Positions 59,601 to 64,000 of a stretch of DNA of 64,000 nt are shown in pieces; position 1 is the first letter of the stretch; each line of letters opens with the position of its first letter. The DNA lies in the NCBI GenBank assembly GCA_000708835.1, contig DF237074.1, positions 62,001-126,000 on the forward strand. Direction: 5' to 3'. The notes beneath the pieces are model-generated. The model saw only the letters and a program-made list of their open reading frames with translations. It made no database searches and had not been told where the DNA came from. The DNA is from Klebsormidium nitens (taxonomy: Eukaryota > Plantae > Klebsormidiophyceae). Both the position numbers and the translations under genes were made by a program.

Positions 59601-62600
59601 TTTTGTTCAGACTCATCATACAATTCAGCTTGTCAACCGGACAGTCTGAGTTGGCCCCCCATCTGTGTGACGAATCAGACGTCTAGGAACGCAGCAAAAC
59701 AACCTGCCAATGTTAGCCGTAAAGGAGCAGGTAAGGACGCTTGCGTGGGGGTGTTACCCACCTGTTGTAGTGGTTCATGAAAGTGTAGAAGCAGACGGAG
59801 GGCAGCGCGGCCGAGCCGAGCTGCACGCGCTTGCGCAGGTCCTCGAAGGCGAGGCCCTCCACCTCCTCGCTCCTGCACGGCCGCAGGAAAACAGCGTCAC
59901 TCAACGAAATCAGAAGAGCAGTCTCATATTGCAAGTAAGCTCCTGACGAAATGCAGAAGTGAGTTGTCAGGAGTGGCGGCAATATTCGCATTTGGATTGG
60001 GTGAAGTGTAAGCGGTTGCTCCAACCAGCAAGACTGACGCGAAAGGCTACAATAACTCGCAAAGACAGTTCCCTGCTTGTCGCAGTCCAGGGTGCCAACA
60101 AAACCATTAATTGTCTCCGGCAGATTGCAGCTATCGCAATGAGACCAAATTTACAATGCCAACAAGAAGCAGGGACTCCCCAGATTTGGAGGCAAGGACA
60201 GACGGCAGTCACAGCCGCCGAATGTGCGAAGAAGGAGTTCAAGACCAACCGCTGTTTGTGAGAACGACGAACACGAGACCGCTCAAAATCGAATACCAGA
60301 CCGCTCAGTACCGCGGGACCTAGAAAGTGACAACGAATTTGAGATTACTCACAGCCGCGGCAGCGGGATAACGCTGGGCACCCGCGTGGCGCCAGACGCC
60401 GCGGCCTTGGCCCCCTGCTTGCCCGCCTTCGCGCCGCCCCCTGCCTTCCCGTCTTTCTTGAGCTTCTTGGAGGGGGGCTTGCTGGGGTCTCCTTCCTTCT
60501 TCTGCGCAGCAAGAGCGTCGGGTCAGTTCACGACGCATCAGGCCCCACCATGTGTCAAACCACAAGGCATAGCCGACAAGATCCGCGAAATCTGGCGTCG
60601 TATCTTAAGCCGAAACCCGCTACGAGCCACTGATTGTTCTAGCAAACAGCGGCGGCTTGGTCGAGGAAACGGTGAAAGAATTAGGACCTTCGTGCCCATC
60701 CTTGTGAAGCGGCTGTCACGAACTTCGATCGCTACGAACTCCGTCCTGGATGTAGCACCTTTATCTTTGGGACTCACCTCCTCGTTAGCAGCCTCGGCCG
60801 CTTCCTCTGCCATTTTCTCCTCAAACCGCTGCTCGATCCCGTCCTCCAGTTGCTGCAGCACACATTAAGAACGGAGGACACGTCAGCAGCAATCGCCCAC
60901 TCTACAAAAGGAATCGCACAGCAATTGAAGGAGCGACAAGCTTTCCGCAGATTTTATCGAGCTTTTCGGACGGCAGCCTAGAAAAGAACGCGTTTTCGAG
61001 AACCTGGGCTGGCACTGACCGGCAACCTGCACTTGTAAGGGATACTAGACTGGAACACCGGCACCAAAACACGTCAACACTCTGACGCAACCACTTCTTC
61101 AGATTCTCTTCCAAGGAAACTGCTCAGGTGACATTGCGCGAGCAACAACCGCTTCAAAACCACCGCAAAGAAAGTGGAACGTGAGAGATCAAGAGGTGTT
61201 TCCTTACCCCCCATCGGATCTCGCTCCGGTTGAGGTTCTCGAGCGCCTCCTGCGGCTTCCCAGTGACCGTGAACGCCTCGTCCTCCTCGGGCAGCGGAGA
61301 CGGCTGACCAGGCACGACTGCAAATGGGGGATAACGAGTCAAATCCCGTTTTTCAATGCACGAAACTCCCGCCTAGTTTTTTCAGCCTCACGCAGAAGGG
61401 TCGCTTTACTTATTTGAGCCCTTAGCACCACAGGCACGGCAAGTGAGAGACCAGCGAGAAAACCTCAAGAAATGGAAAAACGCTCTTTTAAGGAAACTTC
61501 AAGATAGTTTGCAAAAACAGGCACGTCCATGCACACCCTCTGGGCCACAAGCGAAAGCAACGGGACGAAAATTTGGAAGTGGAACTCAAAGTAGAGGAAG
61601 CATTGACTGGTTCGGAGGGAAGCGCGATGGCCGTACCTTCGAGGTTGAGGTGCTCATTGACCAGGCTGAGCATGAGCATCATCTCCGAGTCGTGCAGGAA
61701 GGAGATCAACAGCTCGCACGAGTACTGCACACACGAACAAGCGCCTACGTCATGACACTCCACTTGGTGACGAGTAGAGAACGACCCTTTTACATGGATA
61801 CGAATTATCAAACTTAACCCACTTGTCCATCGCTGAAAATCTTACGAGTCCACCGTGAATAGCACACACAAGAGTTACATTGTCTCGATCATTGCCGCTT
61901 CAATGACCTAACTTCAGCAGCCAAAGGGAAAGGAGAGACGTTCGCCTCACCTGACACAGCTTGACGGAGAACTTATTCTCACGGTAGCTCTTGGCGAGGT
62001 CATTGTCCTGTACAAACAAAACCGTCTTTTTTCTTAAGCAACGGTCTAGTCTGCAGATCAAAAAGGACGATTTGAATCAACACGACTTCATAGGTAGAGA
62101 TCCTTCAAAGCAGAAGAGAAGCTCTTGCTGTCCTCACGTCCCGATTCATGACGAATTGAAGCAGTCTACCTTCTGCAGCGCCTCAACCGATCATCGAACT
62201 CTCCCAACATATTTTGCCAGATTCTTCCAAAGAGTGCTTGTCATCAAAGAAAGCACAGGACGCGTCACTAGCGAAGGCCGTAGCTATTCAACAATAACGT
62301 ACATCTCCTTGTAACAATGTGCGCCCCCTACCAGCAGATGCTGCGGGTTGCTGACCCCCTCCAGCTTCTGGAGGTCTCGGCCGTGTGCACTCTGGTGGTC
62401 GGCCTTGAACGCCTGGAAGAACTCGCGGGCTGCATGATGGATAGGCGTTCAGATTTGAGTGATCTTCTCCAATTCACCACTTTTGAGCTTATTCTTTCAT
62501 CTACTTCCTTCTTTGAATCGGTACTACCTCGCTTCTTTGCTGACTCTCGACCTTGAATGCCTGGAAGAACTCGCGGGCTGCACGACAGAGAGCCAATAAG

Positions 62601-63985
62601 AACCGATTAGTCTCCCTGAGTAACTCCCCCCGACCGTACCGAGACTCCCCCTCCCTCCCGGGCTTCCTGAACCTTAAGCTTTCTCTGTGGCCCAATCGAC
62701 GTCTGCAAATGGTATCAAATGCCGTGTGATGAGCCGTTGGATGAGGATCATGAGATCTGAAGAGATGGGTATCTACAATCCCAGATTCCACTTGCCTCCA
62801 CTTGACTCAAAAACAATGGCTCCTCACCAGACACTCAAAGTAGTTTTCAACAAGCAATCTGCGCAAAACGCGGGATAACCACAGCATACCAAAAGTCGAC
62901 AATCTGCCTGCACTCTCCCGACGCGTTCACGGTTCGTCGTGCCCAACTCCAAAGTAGTTCGGTCGACCTAACATCTGAAACATAACATTTCTCACCTTCT
63001 GTTGGGTAGCCCTTTGCCACCAGCTGCAAGAAGCAGTGCACGAAGATGGGGTACAGTATGCGGGAGAGCTCGTTCTGCAAAAACCGACAGAATATCAGAA
63101 GGCACTACAAAACTTCACAAGGAAGCTCCAAGTGAGACAGAGCACGGTTGACACTCTCAAGTCTGTGGATGCCAAGCGAGCCGGTCATGTTTTGTACCAT
63201 GACCTGACGTCCTCCACAAGCTCACAGGAATACCAGCCAATTCGTGCACTAAAAAAATCAGCTGAGGCTAATACAGCGTCGGTGCGAGTACCTTGTAGAG
63301 GTCCAGCGAATCGTGCACCCAGGCCTGAAGTTTGCTGTAGCTCTCGCCATAGCGGCTGGGGCTATTCTCACCCCTGTTGACACAAAGGAAGGGACTCAAT
63401 GCAGAGTTGATACATGCCATAAAAGCTCATGAGAAACTTCTGATAGGTGGTGGTGCGAACTGGCGTCAAGTGATTCAAAAGTGCACTCCTTGTGTGTCAA
63501 ACCTGCGGCCCCACTCAAATTTTCAACAATCAAATGCAAATGAGAGAATCACTGAGGTGCAATTGGGTGGTACATCCACCGTACATGGAAGAACGGTCCT
63601 CGCCAAAACTATATCTTGATTACATGTGCCAACAACGACTTCAATAGGACATTTGACTCTGACCGAACATCAACGCCTAGAAATAGATGACGCACATTCA
63701 TCAATTGCCTCCAATAAGTTCTGAAAGTTCTGCCAATGGGGCTGCATGGGGCTGCAAAATGAGGCCCATCAGATCAAAAGCAGACTTGTCCCTGACTCAA
63801 ACCACTTACTTGACATAGAGGTAGACATGGTTCAAAATGCTGACGTCTAGATCATTCTCCTGCCCGTTTACCATTTCCTGGAGCGACTGCGTTTTGCTTT
63901 CAGACTTGAAGGCAGCCTCAGCGTTTCGATACCCTTTCTTCTTCAAATATGAGAGGACGATGCGATTGAGGTCTTCTTCCTTCAT
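56647..63985 (-). CDS. TAF5: Transcription initiation factor TFIID subunit 5 (TAF5), 15 exons, about 668 aa
   Basis: Exons 63985-63810, 63373-63292, 63074-62996, 62429-62332, 62007-61951, 61724-61637, 61317-61208, 60852-60778, 60501-60353, 59872-59762, 59381-59312, 59057-58835, 58477-58284, 57632-57364, 56872-56647, phase-consistent. Motifs: LisH-like [98 protein letters not shown]. Confidence 0.97.
57612..57760 (-). repeat. Perfect 30-bp duplication of the TAF5 exon-14 acceptor and exon start, 119 bp upstream in intron 13
   Basis: gttggggtgccaccgcacgcactgcagcaa at 57612-57641 and at 57731-57760. Confidence 0.97.
62403..62582 (-). repeat. 32-bp (31/32) duplication of the TAF5 exon-4 acceptor and exon start, 148 bp upstream in intron 3
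   Basis: ccttgaacgcctggaagaactcgcgggctgca (62403-62434) versus ccttgaatgcctggaagaactcgcgggctgca (62551-62582). Confidence 0.97.
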
Positions 63986-64000
63986 CCTGCAGACTTTGCA

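Overview
Eukaryotic nuclear DNA, intron-dense, with GC-rich exons and GT-AG introns. The proteins are plant-type, and the overall style suggests a streptophyte alga such as Klebsormidium (inference, not verified). By hand I reconstructed frame-consistent spliced models for UTP23, a renalase-like FAD oxidoreductase, an F-box/Sel1-repeat protein, UBA3, GMP synthase, RIC1, V-ATPase subunit c'', HOS15/TBL1, RPL12 (intronless) and TAF5, plus a 52-aa Lys-rich microprotein. Three genes look damaged: a minus-strand gene at the left edge, a frameshifted F-box gene, and an F-box/LRR gene with an internal TGA. Two observations stand out. (1) At least nine introns in five genes contain decayed tandem copies (period about 70-190 bp, mostly 110-150) of their own neighbouring exon-intron junction. 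This creates decoy splice sites. One case in TAF5 has the exact geometry expected for intron gain by tandem duplication, and two of the youngest duplications carry inverted, templated junction sequence. (2) The intronless F-box/LRR ORF at 21090 resembles land-plant MAX2/D3 along its length (comparison from memory) and is interrupted just before its last LRR and predicted C-terminal helix. No rRNA, tRNA, CRISPR array or intact transposon was recognised.
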